A stretch of 33,822 bases of DNA from an uncultured delta proteobacterium (GCA_963755715.1 CAVWLW010000070.1:1-33822); one strand, 5' to 3'; shown: positions 1-8,910, counted from the stretch's first letter. A program made the numbers and translations. The notes: generated by a model from the sequence alone, not told the origin.

Positions 1-74
1 AATGAAGGTTTGCCAAAACGGCGTAGGATCGAACAGCTTTGTTTGATGCGGGATCGGATAGGCGACTTGAGAAG

Positions 75-102
75 ATTGTCGAGAAATAAAAGTCTGAACC
101 CC
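75..102. repeat. REP-like repeat, left arm (ATTGTCGAGAAATAAAAGTCTGAACCCC)
   Basis: Shares AGTCTGAACC and the upstream TGTYGA motif with the left arm at 2179-2206; imperfectly complementary to 1015-1039 and 2209-2236. Confidence 0.55.
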
Positions 103-139
103 TGCTTCTCCCCATGCCATGTTTCGTTGTTCATAATCT

Positions 140-918
140 TTATTTCCCCGGATCGGGCGGTGTCTTTAGCCACCACGGAAGAGAATAATCGATCTTGTCT
201 GGCTTCATTACCTTCCAAGAGGTAGGTTCCCTGAGATAATACTTCCAGAACTCCTGCTTGAGATGTTCATCGTAAATTTCGAAGTCGCCCTTTGCTTCAT
301 GGTGTTGCAACAACGTACGCATGGCTCCGAACGCCTCCATCGGGTTGAGCTGTTGAAACAGCACTACTCCACCGTACTCCTCATAGAGCGCCTTGCTTCT
401 TTTCCACTGCGTGACAATATGCTCGGCGACTTCCCGCTCTATCTCCTGCTTCATCTTGGGAGTTACTCTGGGATCATCGGGTAACTGACGATCAGGTGAC
501 ATGGCCGTGAAGGCCTCCATGCCCCTGATAAAACCGTCAAGCTCCGCCTCCGTTGGTTTTACGTCATGAGTTTTGCCGAATTCAGCCCAGATTGGATCCC
601 AGATCAGCCCTGCCAGTTTGTGAGACCTTACATCACTAACTACTTGGTCTTCTGATCGGTCGTCTTTCATGTTCGTTTTTTCCATGTTCTTCCGTCCCCG
701 CCTGATTATCATCATCTCATCATCAGTCGGGTTCAGATCTACAAAAAAACATCTCTTCCAAAGACCCTAGCTACCCGGTTGAAATTGTCAGTTGCCTGAC
801 GAGGCTTTATGTCTTCACGAGGATCTTCGATCGACGACCGCGGTTTTTCCGGTAACTGCGCGTAGATCGCGCTGGAGGCCAAAAGCAAGGCCGATAACAC
901 CCATACTGGTATCTTCAT
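140..918 (-). CDS. Secreted hypothetical protein, split by a frameshift in a T7 run at 743-749
   Basis: ATG at 918 with GGAGG RBS and signal peptide MKIPVWVLSALLLASSAIYA. Adding one T at 743-749 joins ORF 739..933 (..GRDVF) in frame to VDLNPTDDEMMIIRRG.. of ORF 140..715. Confidence 0.7.
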
Positions 919-1014
919 CTCGAGTTCCTCCAATCTTCCCGGCTCAGGGTAAGCCCCGCCTCATCCAACGAGCAAGATAGGCCGGACCGAAAGCGAGGAC
1001 TACAGAGCGGCGGT

Positions 1015-1039
1015 GGCGTCAAGTCTTGCATCTTGATAT
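1015..1039. repeat. REP-like repeat, right arm (GGCGTCAAGTCTTGCATCTTGATAT)
   Basis: Aligns with the right arm GGGTCAAGTCCTTGCCTTTTGACAT at 2210-2234. Confidence 0.55.
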
Positions 1040-1083
1040 CACCCGATCCTGATTGCTTCATCCGGTACCATAATTCTTGCGCA

Positions 1084-2143
1084 TCACGGCAGCAGTGTTT
1101 GGGCAAACCATTCCGGGGGCAGGTCTCGGCCCAATCCTTTTTCGCGGGCCCGATCGAGGACGAAGCCCGCCACTGCGGCGAACTGCCCGCCTAGTTGGTA
1201 ATTACTCGCTTCGTTGGGAAACAAGGTCTTCTCGCGCGCTCCGGTTCTTTTGATCCGCTGCCGGAAAAATTCGCGGGCCTCGATCGCGCCCGGCGGCGAC
1301 GGGCGGGACCTTGGCATCCCGGATGTCCTGCGGACAGAGTTCGCCGAGATAATAATTTTGAATCCACGGCTCGGCCCGGTTAACCACCACGCGGTCGGAG
1401 TCTTCGTACGAGCGAGGATCGAGCTCGAGAAAGCGCACGGAGCTTAGGTGCTGCCCGGGCTCGACCCAAAGTGACTCCATGACCTTCTCGTTGGCGTTGG
1501 TCGCCAGTGCGACGATGTCCGCTTTGGCGAACGCATCCCGCGCGGCAGCGACAGGGCGCACTTCGATGCCCAAGCTCGCCTGCAACTCGTCGGCAAATCG
1601 ACTGCGGCGATCGGCATTGGAACTAAAAACCCGAACCTTCTTGATGTTCCGCACGCAACGCAATCCGAGAATTTGCCCGCCGGCCTGCCAGCCTGAGCCG
1701 ATCAGCCCGACTTCTTCGGCATCCGGGCGCGCCAGGTAATCGGCGGCGAGGGCATACAACGCACCCACGCGGGTGCGCTGTAGATAGCCGTCGGGCATCC
1801 AGCCAAGCAGCTCGCCCGTCTCCGTAGAGAAAACAAGCAACATGCCCATCCAGCTCCCATTGCCGAAGGGAACATGCTCTACGCGGCTCGACTGACCCTG
1901 CTGCTTTTTCCTCGTTACGTTGGAATCGACTCGAATGACATACTTGCCGATGTAAGGAACTCCGCCTTCCATCGTCTTGCACTGATAAAATGTATCGGTC
2001 GTGAGGTGGGGCAGCCAGCTTTCCGTGCGCTGCCGCGTCAACACTTGGCCCTTGCCTTCCTCTTCAAAGAAACGGCGCAACACATCGACGCAGTCGGCCA
2101 TCGTCAAAACTTGTTCCACGTCGTCGTTGGTCAACAGCAACAA
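1084..2143 (-). CDS. Ornithine cyclodeaminase/mu-crystallin family protein, frameshift near 1295
   Basis: N-terminus LLLLTNDDVEQVL (TTG start, GAGG upstream), GELLGWMPDGYLQRTRVGA, Rossmann motif LIGSGWQA, ADIVALATNA. The C-terminus GGQFAAVAGFVLDRAREKGLGRDLP lies in ORF 1084..1317. Confidence 0.85.
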
Positions 2144-2178
2144 GTTACCACCTCTTCGAATCACCGCTCGCAAACGTA

Positions 2179-2236
2179 AAATGTTGAAGACAACGAGTCT
2201 GAACCTGCAGGGTCAAGTCCTTGCCTTTTGACATTT
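2179..2236. repeat. Complete REP/REPIN-like imperfect inverted repeat
   Basis: AAATGTTGAAGACAACGAGTCTGAACCT-GC-AGGGTCAAGTCCTTGCCTTTTGACATTT. The arms pair (AAATGT/ACATTT at the ends, GAACCT/AGGGTC at the centre). Confidence 0.65.
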
Positions 2237-2245
2237 CTCTCGGAT

Positions 2246-2350
2246 CTAGCGAACCACTCTCCTGAGCACCCGCATCACCTTGCCGCCGAGAATTTTGCCG
2301 ATGCCGCCGCGCCGGTACATTCGATCCTCGCTCCAGGCGCGCTTGCCATG
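2246..2350 (-). pseudogene. Possible 3' remnant of a membrane dipeptidase (peptidase M19) gene
   Basis: Translation ..GKRAWSEDR..IGKILGGKVMRVLRRVVR* resembles the M19 C-terminal pattern RG(Y/W)S(E/D)EDIxKILGGNxxRVL. No N-terminal part is present. Confidence 0.4.
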
Positions 2351-2361
2351 GGAACCCGTGA

Positions 2362-2664
2362 TTAAGCATCGGCCACTGCGTGCAAGCGGAGGCCGAGCGC
2401 GCGCACGACCTTGAGCACCGTGGAGAATTCCGGGTTGCCGTCTGGTGATAGCGCTTTGTAAAGGCTCTCTCGTCCCAGACCCGTTTCGCGGGCAATCTGA
2501 CTCATTCCCTTGGCACGTGCGATGTCGCCCAGTGCCGCGGCGATGAGTGCCGGGTCGCCGTCTTCGAACGCGGCTTCCAAGTACGCCGCCATGTCGCCTT
2601 CCGTGGTCAAATGTTCGGCTGGGTCCCACGGTCGAGTTTTTATCTTTGCAGTCTTCCTTTTCAT
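2362..2664 (-). CDS. Addiction-module antidote HTH protein (HI1420/TIGR02684-like)
   Basis: WDPAEHL..DMAAYLEAAFEDGDPALIAAALGDIARAKGMSQIARETGLGRESLYKALSPDGNPEFSTVLKV is the typical family sequence. ATG at 2664. Confidence 0.92.
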   Translation of the reverse strand: MKRKTAKIKTRPWDPAEHLTTEGDMAAYLEAAFEDGDPALIAAALGDIARAKGMSQIARETGLGRESLYKALSPDGNPEFSTVLKVVRALGLRLHAVADA

Positions 2665-2686
2665 AACAACCGCTATTGTCCTCATG

Positions 2687-3286
2687 CTAAGTCCTCTGCG
2701 CAATGACGTACAAATGCAGCTCTGGATATTGATCATATTCCAGGTGCCTGCAGATGCATCCGGCCTCGGATATTAGCTTCAGCAGGTTCGGAATCCCGAG
2801 GACGCTGTAATACATCTGCGGACCCATGGCCGAATCCACTTTTTCGGACGGCGCGTCCAACCCGCCTGTCGTAAAGATGAAGACACCTCCTGACGTCAGG
2901 CCGTGCAAGATCTTCTTCAAGACAGGCTCTTGGTCCCTCAATGGGAGATGCCATATGCTATCCCATGCCGAGATGAAATCGTACTTTTTCGGAAATTCCC
3001 ATGCGCAGACATCGGCGTGATGGAATGTGACGTTCGGATGGCGCTGTTTCGCCAGCTCGATCATCCGGCTCGAGATATCGAGACCCTCTACGTCAAAGCC
3101 ACGGCTAATCAGAAGATCGATGATTCTCCCGCTGCTTCCACAACCGATATCGAGGGCGCGGCGTTTTTCTTTTAAGAAGGCGATAGCGCGCTTGTGCGGC
3201 TCGATGCCATTGTCTCTCGGAAATTCATCGCTATTCCACTGTTCGGCGAGCTGATCATAGCTCTTTGCGATCTCACTTGGAGTCAT
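2687..3286 (-). CDS. Class I SAM-dependent methyltransferase
   Basis: Motif I ALDIGCGSSG, GLDISSRMI, YDFISAWDSIWHL, LTSGGVFIF. Start at MTPSEIAKSYD (3286); the ORF-track upstream extension overlaps the GST gene and is not real. Confidence 0.9.
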   Translation of the reverse strand: MTPSEIAKSYDQLAEQWNSDEFPRDNGIEPHKRAIAFLKEKRRALDIGCGSSGRIIDLLISRGFDVEGLDISSRMIELAKQRHPNVTFHHADVCAWEFPKKYDFISAWDSIWHLPLRDQEPVLKKILHGLTSGGVFIFTTGGLDAPSEKVDSAMGPQMYYSVLGIPNLLKLISEAGCICRHLEYDQYPELHLYVIAQRT

Positions 3287-3324
3287 GCGACACGTCAGGC
3301 CTGATTGCCGGCCACTCGGCCCGC

Positions 3325-4116
3325 TCAAGGCAACCCGAGAACCGCTTTGATGCGCGGCGCGGCTTCGATCCCCTTTTCTCGCATCAGCACTGCATAGGAT
3401 TCGTTGGGCCAGTCGTCGAATGCGGTTTTGTAGCCGGGCCGCTCGCCGACCTTCTCGAACCATGCGGCGATATGGGGTCGTTTGTCCCAGAGGAACTGAA
3501 GCTGGAGATCTTTCAGGCGCAAAATATACGGCGCATAGCCGATATCGGCCAGGGAAAAACTGCTTCCCGCCAGCCACGGCGACGCGCTCAGTCTCGATTC
3601 CATGTCCGATAGCAGTTTTTCGAAACGCTGCGCGGCATCGGCAAAATAAGAAGAATCAACACCCTTGTGGACATTTTCCCAGCTCTCGGCGCGTTTCTTC
3701 GGATCGGGAATTTTGTCGTGCAGCGCCTTCAAGGCCTCGGTGCCGAGGGCGAGTTTCTGATGGCGAAACGCGATGGCGTTGCTGATCGTTCGGGTTGCGG
3801 CGTGGACGCTTTCATCGAGCTGTTTGGTCCACAGCCGCATGCGCGCCCGCTCGACCGGATTGCGCGGGCTAAGGGACGGTTCCGGATAGGCGTCGTCGAG
3901 ATATTCGCAGATCACCGTGGACTCGATGATCACGTTGCCGCCGTCCACCAACGTCGGCACCACGGCATTGGGATTGAGCTTGACGTACTCCGGCTTCTGC
4001 TGGTCGCCGGCGCGCAAGTTCAAATGCCGGTTTTTCCACTGAAGCGTCTTCTCGCCGAGTGCAAAGCGCACTTTCTGTGCGCAGACGGACATATCGTTGT
4101 GATAGAGTTCGATCAT
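3325..4116 (-). CDS. Glutathione S-transferase family protein
   Basis: SVCAQKVR, LNPNAVVPTL, IIESTVICEYLD and FSLADI motifs. Confidence 0.93.
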   Translation of the reverse strand: MIELYHNDMSVCAQKVRFALGEKTLQWKNRHLNLRAGDQQKPEYVKLNPNAVVPTLVDGGNVIIESTVICEYLDDAYPEPSLSPRNPVERARMRLWTKQLDESVHAATRTISNAIAFRHQKLALGTEALKALHDKIPDPKKRAESWENVHKGVDSSYFADAAQRFEKLLSDMESRLSASPWLAGSSFSLADIGYAPYILRLKDLQLQFLWDKRPHIAAWFEKVGERPGYKTAFDDWPNESYAVLMREKGIEAAPRIKAVLGLP

Positions 4117-4195
4117 GCGCCGATCCTACTACGATTTGATCGAGCTGCCAAAACTCGATCCGGTCAGCCCATGTCATGTCCTCTTGCCGCCCGAG

Positions 4196-4501
4196 CTACT
4201 TTCGGCCGATAGAATCTGCATGGTCAACACGCTTCAGCGAGCACACACCCTTCTTGATACCCATTTCGATGATCACTGATGTTTCGGCGGGCGAGTTTTT
4301 CGCGCAGTGATACCCGCGTAAAATTCTTCCGTCTTTGGCAATCATTCGTATGGGCATGCCGTCGTATCTTTCGGCATAGACTCTGCATCTGGTAGCGTTC
4401 GGCAAGCCTTGTCGAGTTAAAATTTCGAGATTCTCACAGACCGCGCCGTATTTAGTGAAACAGCAGGCGCCGCATCGATTACACTCGCCAGTTAACATCA
4501 T
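4196..4501 (-). CDS. Small CxxCxxCC cysteine-cluster protein (YkgJ-like, putative Zn/Fe-S binding)
   Basis: CNRCGACC followed by C..L and CRVYAER, plus two further Cys. Confidence 0.65.
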   Translation of the reverse strand: MMLTGECNRCGACCFTKYGAVCENLEILTRQGLPNATRCRVYAERYDGMPIRMIAKDGRILRGYHCAKNSPAETSVIIEMGIKKGVCSLKRVDHADSIGRK

Positions 4502-4512
4502 CGTGCTTAGCC

Positions 4513-4962
4513 TCAAGAATTAGCGCGCTTAAACGTGATGAGGACGTACCCAGACTTACTCTTTGCCTCGAACGCGGTGGGCCGGCCCTTGTTCAGTTCC
4601 GGTGCGTTGTCGCAGATCGTCAGCGTGTTAGCGTCCAGCCTGTAGATTCCCTTCCAAGTCTTCCCCTTGAAGACCCCTTCCGTATGCTCGAAGTCAATCG
4701 CGGCTGGCTTCGCGCTTGGGTTCACGCGGAAAGTACCTGCGTAGAGCGCCTTTCCGTCTTTTGATTGGATCTGGAAGCGGTTACCGGTAAAGACAAGCCG
4801 ATTTCCGACAACGTCATCGACCGCCTTGCCGTCGCGTTCCGCCTTGGTTGCGGCCCAACTGCCCCGTAGTTTCTTCTCAGCTTGCTCGGCGGGGTGAGCG
4901 AAGGCGGGAAGCAGCCAAGTTCCGAGGACCAGCCAACAGATCATCGAAATCACCGGATGCAT
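4513..4962 (-). CDS. Secreted TIGR03067-domain protein
   Basis: Signal peptide, LRGSW, GTFRVNPSAKPAAIDF, GIYRLDANTLTIC and RPTAF motifs. Confidence 0.85.
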   Translation of the reverse strand: MHPVISMICWLVLGTWLLPAFAHPAEQAEKKLRGSWAATKAERDGKAVDDVVGNRLVFTGNRFQIQSKDGKALYAGTFRVNPSAKPAAIDFEHTEGVFKGKTWKGIYRLDANTLTICDNAPELNKGRPTAFEAKSKSGYVLITFKRANS

Positions 4963-5000
4963 AAAAACTTCAAACTTTAGATTTGAACTTTTCTGATATC

Positions 5001-5092
5001 ATCTAGCGTTCCCGATCAGCTGCGGGCCGATCGAAGCTCGAGGAGTCCCGCCTGATCTCACTTTCGGTGTGAAGCCCGCCTCCTGTTCGAAT
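5001..5092 (-). other. Degenerate attC-like (integron cassette recombination site-like) imperfect palindrome
   Basis: Minus strand reads TTCGAAC..GGCGGGCTT...GGCCCGCAGCTGATCGGGAAC-GCTAGAT. The end is one substitution from GTTRRRY and the inner GCGGGC/GCCCGC arms pair. It lies between two co-oriented ORFs. Confidence 0.35.
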
Positions 5093-5099
5093 TTGCCCG

Positions 5100-5828
5100 C
5101 TAGCGTCCGCCAAGGACTTCTTTGATGACCTGCGCGACATCGGTGAAAGCCTTAGCTCCATCGCCAACGAAGGTCGACCCGTGCATCGCGGCCAGAGTGC
5201 GAGGCTTGAGCCCGGCCAGCCGTTGCAGCGTCGATTCTGTGTAGGGCGTGTACGGCATATAGTTCGCCAGCGGGCTCTGCTGATATTCGACTAGTGTCTG
5301 TTTGAATCGCCCAACCACATCCGCGCTGGTGCTGGGCTCGACGTCACCGTTCTGGTGGAACAGGTCGGAACAGAACAGCGTGCCTTGGGTTTCTTCGAAC
5401 AGCAGGCTCGCTTCCCAACAGTGCGGCACGTGCGGCGTCAGAAGCATGCGAAAGCGATACTTCCCCGTGCTGAACACTTCTCCATCTGTCATTGCCTGCG
5501 CCGGACGGCGGGCCACCACATCGTCGACGCTCACGATTTTGCCGACGAGACTACACACGGCGATCGCCTCAGGCGCGAGCGTCTGCCATTCCGTGAGCGC
5601 GCCGCATTCATCGGCCTCGAAATGACTGAAGCCGATCCACCGGAGCGTGGAGGGATCGATCAATGTGGCCACGGCGTCGCGCACGGCCGGAAACAGCCCC
5701 TTCATGCCGGTGTGATACAACAGGGGCTGCTCATCGCGCACGAGAAATTGATTGAATTGGAGATTCCCCTCAGGAATAAACGTGGAGATGCGATAAATAT
5801 CGGGGGCGATTTCGGTGATTTGGGTCAT
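5100..5828 (-). CDS. Metallo-beta-lactamase fold protein (FprA/ODP-like)
   Basis: [41 protein letters not shown] and AMHG metal-ligand motifs; GAGG RBS. Confidence 0.9.
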   Translation of the reverse strand: MTQITEIAPDIYRISTFIPEGNLQFNQFLVRDEQPLLYHTGMKGLFPAVRDAVATLIDPSTLRWIGFSHFEADECGALTEWQTLAPEAIAVCSLVGKIVSVDDVVARRPAQAMTDGEVFSTGKYRFRMLLTPHVPHCWEASLLFEETQGTLFCSDLFHQNGDVEPSTSADVVGRFKQTLVEYQQSPLANYMPYTPYTESTLQRLAGLKPRTLAAMHGSTFVGDGAKAFTDVAQVIKEVLGGR

Positions 5829-6070
5829 CGCTTTTCCTCATATGTTTTTACTAATCTGCCTGAATGTATCAATTTTCTGAACAGCTCGACAATGCCGTCG
5901 CGCCGGTAGATTCGATCTTCGCTTCAGTCGCCTTCGGCGATCCGTACGCATGCGACATTCCGAAGCGATCCATAGGTGGGGCATGGAAATTTTTCCAGCG
6001 TTCCAGAAATCGGACACGATCATGATTCGGCCGAGCTACTTCCGCGCCTCGAAGCATTTCGCTCTTGCAA

Positions 6071-6169
6071 TGTAAGAAAAGTTGACAAGCGGCCGCTCCA
6101 AAAATTTCGTATATCCCGCACGTTACCCGGGCAAATTCGCAGAGCGAGGGTTTGTAAACATAACTTACG
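6071..6169. promoter_or_regulatory. Two TGTAA-N7-T(G/T)AC(A/G) boxes, candidate enhancer-binding-protein sites
   Basis: TGTAAGAAAAGTTGACA (6071-6087) and TGTAAACATAACTTACG (6153-6169), both upstream of a sigma54-like promoter. Confidence 0.35.
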
Positions 6170-6221
6170 CATCCACTCCGCGACCGAGACTTTTTTGCTC
6201 GATTATTTCACGCGCTCGCAG

Positions 6222-6238
6222 CTGGCATTTCTATTGCG
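6222..6238 (+). promoter_or_regulatory. Candidate sigma54 (-24/-12) promoter
   Basis: CTGGCATTTCTATTGCG: GG and GC are exactly 10 nt apart, with TGGCA and TTGC consensus halves, about 45 nt upstream of ATG 6283. Confidence 0.6.
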
Positions 6239-6282
6239 ACATAACGGTCGTTGATATCGTGCACGACACGCTGGCGGCGTTT

Positions 6283-6600
6283 ATGTTTCACAGCATCGGC
6301 TCGCTTTTCAAATTCAATCTGCTGCTGCAGATCTTCGACGGTCTGTTTACCTATCATGTGGTGTCCCAGCAGGGCCTGCCCGAGGCCAATCCGCTCGTGC
6401 GCAACACCATTTACGAATGGGGCGTGGTGTGGGGAATTGTTTATTGGAAGCTATTCGCCTGCGCTCTGCTCGGCCTGATCTTCGCGCTGCGCCATCGCAA
6501 GTACACGTTGACCTTCCAAGCGCTGACCGTGACATCGGCCGTCTATGGCAGCTTTTTCCTGGTGGCGCTCTTTTTCTTCGTGAATCATCTATCGCTTTGA
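6283..6600 (+). CDS. Small membrane protein, DUF5658-like
   Basis: LQIFDGLFTY..G..EANPLVR..K motif pattern and three hydrophobic segments. Confidence 0.78.
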   Translation: MFHSIGSLFKFNLLLQIFDGLFTYHVVSQQGLPEANPLVRNTIYEWGVVWGIVYWKLFACALLGLIFALRHRKYTLTFQALTVTSAVYGSFFLVALFFFVNHLSL

Positions 6601-7609
6601 CCTTTGCTCTGGGAAAATTCGATAGACGCGCGCCGCCGTGTCGTGAAACAGCGCGGCGCGCTCCGTGGCGGAATAGTTTTGGGTCAGCCGCTTGAATGCA
6701 TTCCAGAGGGTGACGTAACCGTTCGATTGGCGCTCCACCGGAAAATTGCTTTCGAAGAGGCAGCGGTTCGGCCCGAATTTCTCGATGCACCATTCGAAAT
6801 ACGGTTTCAAAGCCGCCGCCAGTTCTTCCGACGAGGGCGGAATCGCGCGCTCGTGCCAATCGTAGCCCGAGCGCAGCGAGCCCACGCCGCCGAGCTTCAC
6901 GTGGATATTCGCGCACTGGGCGAGCAGCGCGATGCCGCTGCGCCAGATTTGATACACTTCATCGCGCTTGCCGGCGTAGGGACCGACGCCGAGCGGCGCG
7001 CCGATGTGGTTGAGAATGATCGTCACGTCGGGAAAGGCGCGCGCTAGATCGGCCAGCTCCGGCAATTGCGGATGATACAGCCAAGCGTCGAAGGATAAAT
7101 CGAATTTATCGAGCCATGCGAACCCCGCGCGAAATTCGCGCGAGGCGAGCATTGCACGCGGCGCTTCGCTGCGCAGAGAGTCGCTCGCATCCCAGGTGGT
7201 CGAGCGGCGGATGCCGCGAAAGCGTCCCGGGCTCGCCGCCAGGTGCGCTTCGAGAACCGCTGCGACCCGTTCGCCCAGCGCGAGGTCGGCGAAGCCGACG
7301 ATCGCCGCGGCGATCGCGGGTTTTGATCGGCCGGATCGCGAGCGCCCTCCGCGCCGATGCTCTCGAGGAATTCGGTTTCGCCCACCGGCTTCATTAGCTC
7401 CGGGCCCATCCTGACGATAGCCGTAGCCGCATTCGATCGCCACTGTCGACACCACGTTGTGGCCCGAAGCGAGATCGGCGCGCAGATCCTTCAGCAAATA
7501 GACACGCGGCGCGCGCTCCCACGAGATGATGATGCGCATCGCAGATCGGCAGGTCCGGCTCTAACGGTGTCTCGGTCTGCGCGCGTGATTCTGGCTTTGA
7601 CATTGACAT
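6589..7609 (-). CDS. Amidohydrolase_2 family protein (lactonase-like), three frameshifts (~7523, ~7400, ~7320)
   Basis: PICDAHHHL(W), GHNVVSTVAIEC, PVGETEF, FRGIR, FDAWLYHPQL, ILNHIG, VKLGG and CLFESNFP are spread over ORFs 7394..7609, 7044..7409 and 6589..7539. Confidence 0.85.
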
Positions 7610-7627
7610 TTTTCCGGATTCGTCCGG

Positions 7628-8910
7628 CTAACGAATGCGCCAGGCGCGCGGCAAGAGCAGGTGAATCGCCAGCATTGCCAGCGCGCCGGCGCTGCCCATG
7701 AGCACCACCGACCAACGCCGTGCCGAACATGGCAGCCAAGGACCCGATCAGCATGCTTCCGACCGTCATGACGACTTGCCCATAGTGAAACAGCGCGATG
7801 GCGCGGCCGCGGAACTCGGCCGGCGAATAGGTTTGAATCACGGTTTGCACCAGCGCGTGAGAGCACACGTTGGCGAAGCCGACGATCACCATCAGACATC
7901 ATGGAAACCTGAAACCAAGGCGAGGCGGCAAAAGCGACCACGCTGACGCCGTAAAGAGCGACGCCGCCGAGCATGCACAACCCCCTTGGCATACGGTCGC
8001 CGAAAGTCGCGATAATCACGGCGCTGCCCAAGGCGCCGATCCCCATGGCGGTCAGGAGCAATCCTTGTCCGGTGGCACCGACGTTTAGAATATCGCGGGC
8101 AAAAACCGGCAACAGCGTGGTAAATGGCACGATGAAGAGCGACGCAAGCATCGTGATCAGGAGTCCCGTGCGCACGGTCTCGTTGCGCCAGCTGAACTTC
8201 CAACCTTCGACGATGCTTTGGCCGAACGATACGGCGCCGTGAGCCCCATGACCGGCACCCGACGCGCTGTTCGCAGGGCGCAAGCGCAACGTCCAGAACG
8301 TCGCGAGTAGGTAAAACAGCGCTTGCATGCCGTAGGCGCCGCCCGTGCCGAGGGAAGCGATCAAGACGCCGGCAAGCGCGGGCCCGGTGCTGCGCGCGAC
8401 GTTGAATATGATCGAGTTCAGCCCGATGGCATTGGTCAGGTTTTTTGTCGGCACCACGTCGCTGATGATCGCCGCACGCGCCGGCTGCTGAAACGTCTGA
8501 ACCGCGGCCATGCCAATGGCGGTGACATAAACATGCCAGGGTTGGATTTCACCGGTCACAATCAGCACCGCCAAGGCGGCAAACATGGAACCGTCGATCA
8601 CCTGGGAGATCAGAATCTGCGTTCTGCGCGAGTAGCGGTCGGCGGCGCTGCCGGCGATCGGTGACAAAAGAAGAATCGGAATCGCCTGCACACCGCGCAC
8701 CAGACCGAGCTGAACCGTCGAGTCGGTGAGCTCGTAAATCAGCCAGCCGCGCGTCACCTGATCCATCCAAAACGCCATCGACGTAAACACGTGGCCGAAC
8801 CAGAGCAGACGGTAGTCGCGGTGTTGCAGCGAAGTCAGGGCGCGCAGCCGGGTGAGCCCGCGTAAGGAGCTCCAAGCGCCTCGCGCCGGCTCCACTGAAT
8901 CGCCATCCAA
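7628..8910 (-). CDS. MFS transporter (MFS_3/DUF894-like), frameshifts near 7893 and 7720
   Basis: RDYRLLWFG, GSAADRYSRR, FQQPARAAII and NAIGLNSIIFNVARSTGPA; continues as HALVQTVIQTYSPAEFRGRA and ends ..LLPRAWRIR* at 7628. Start uncertain. Confidence 0.88.

Noticed and set aside
3287-3577. N-terminal 97-aa extension of the methyltransferase ORF
   Set aside because: It overlaps the GST gene in another frame; the family-like sequence starts at ATG 3286.
1-5828. Prophage, full integron or defence island
   Set aside because: No integrase, transposase, phage structural gene or recognisable defence gene; only scars and an orphan antitoxin.
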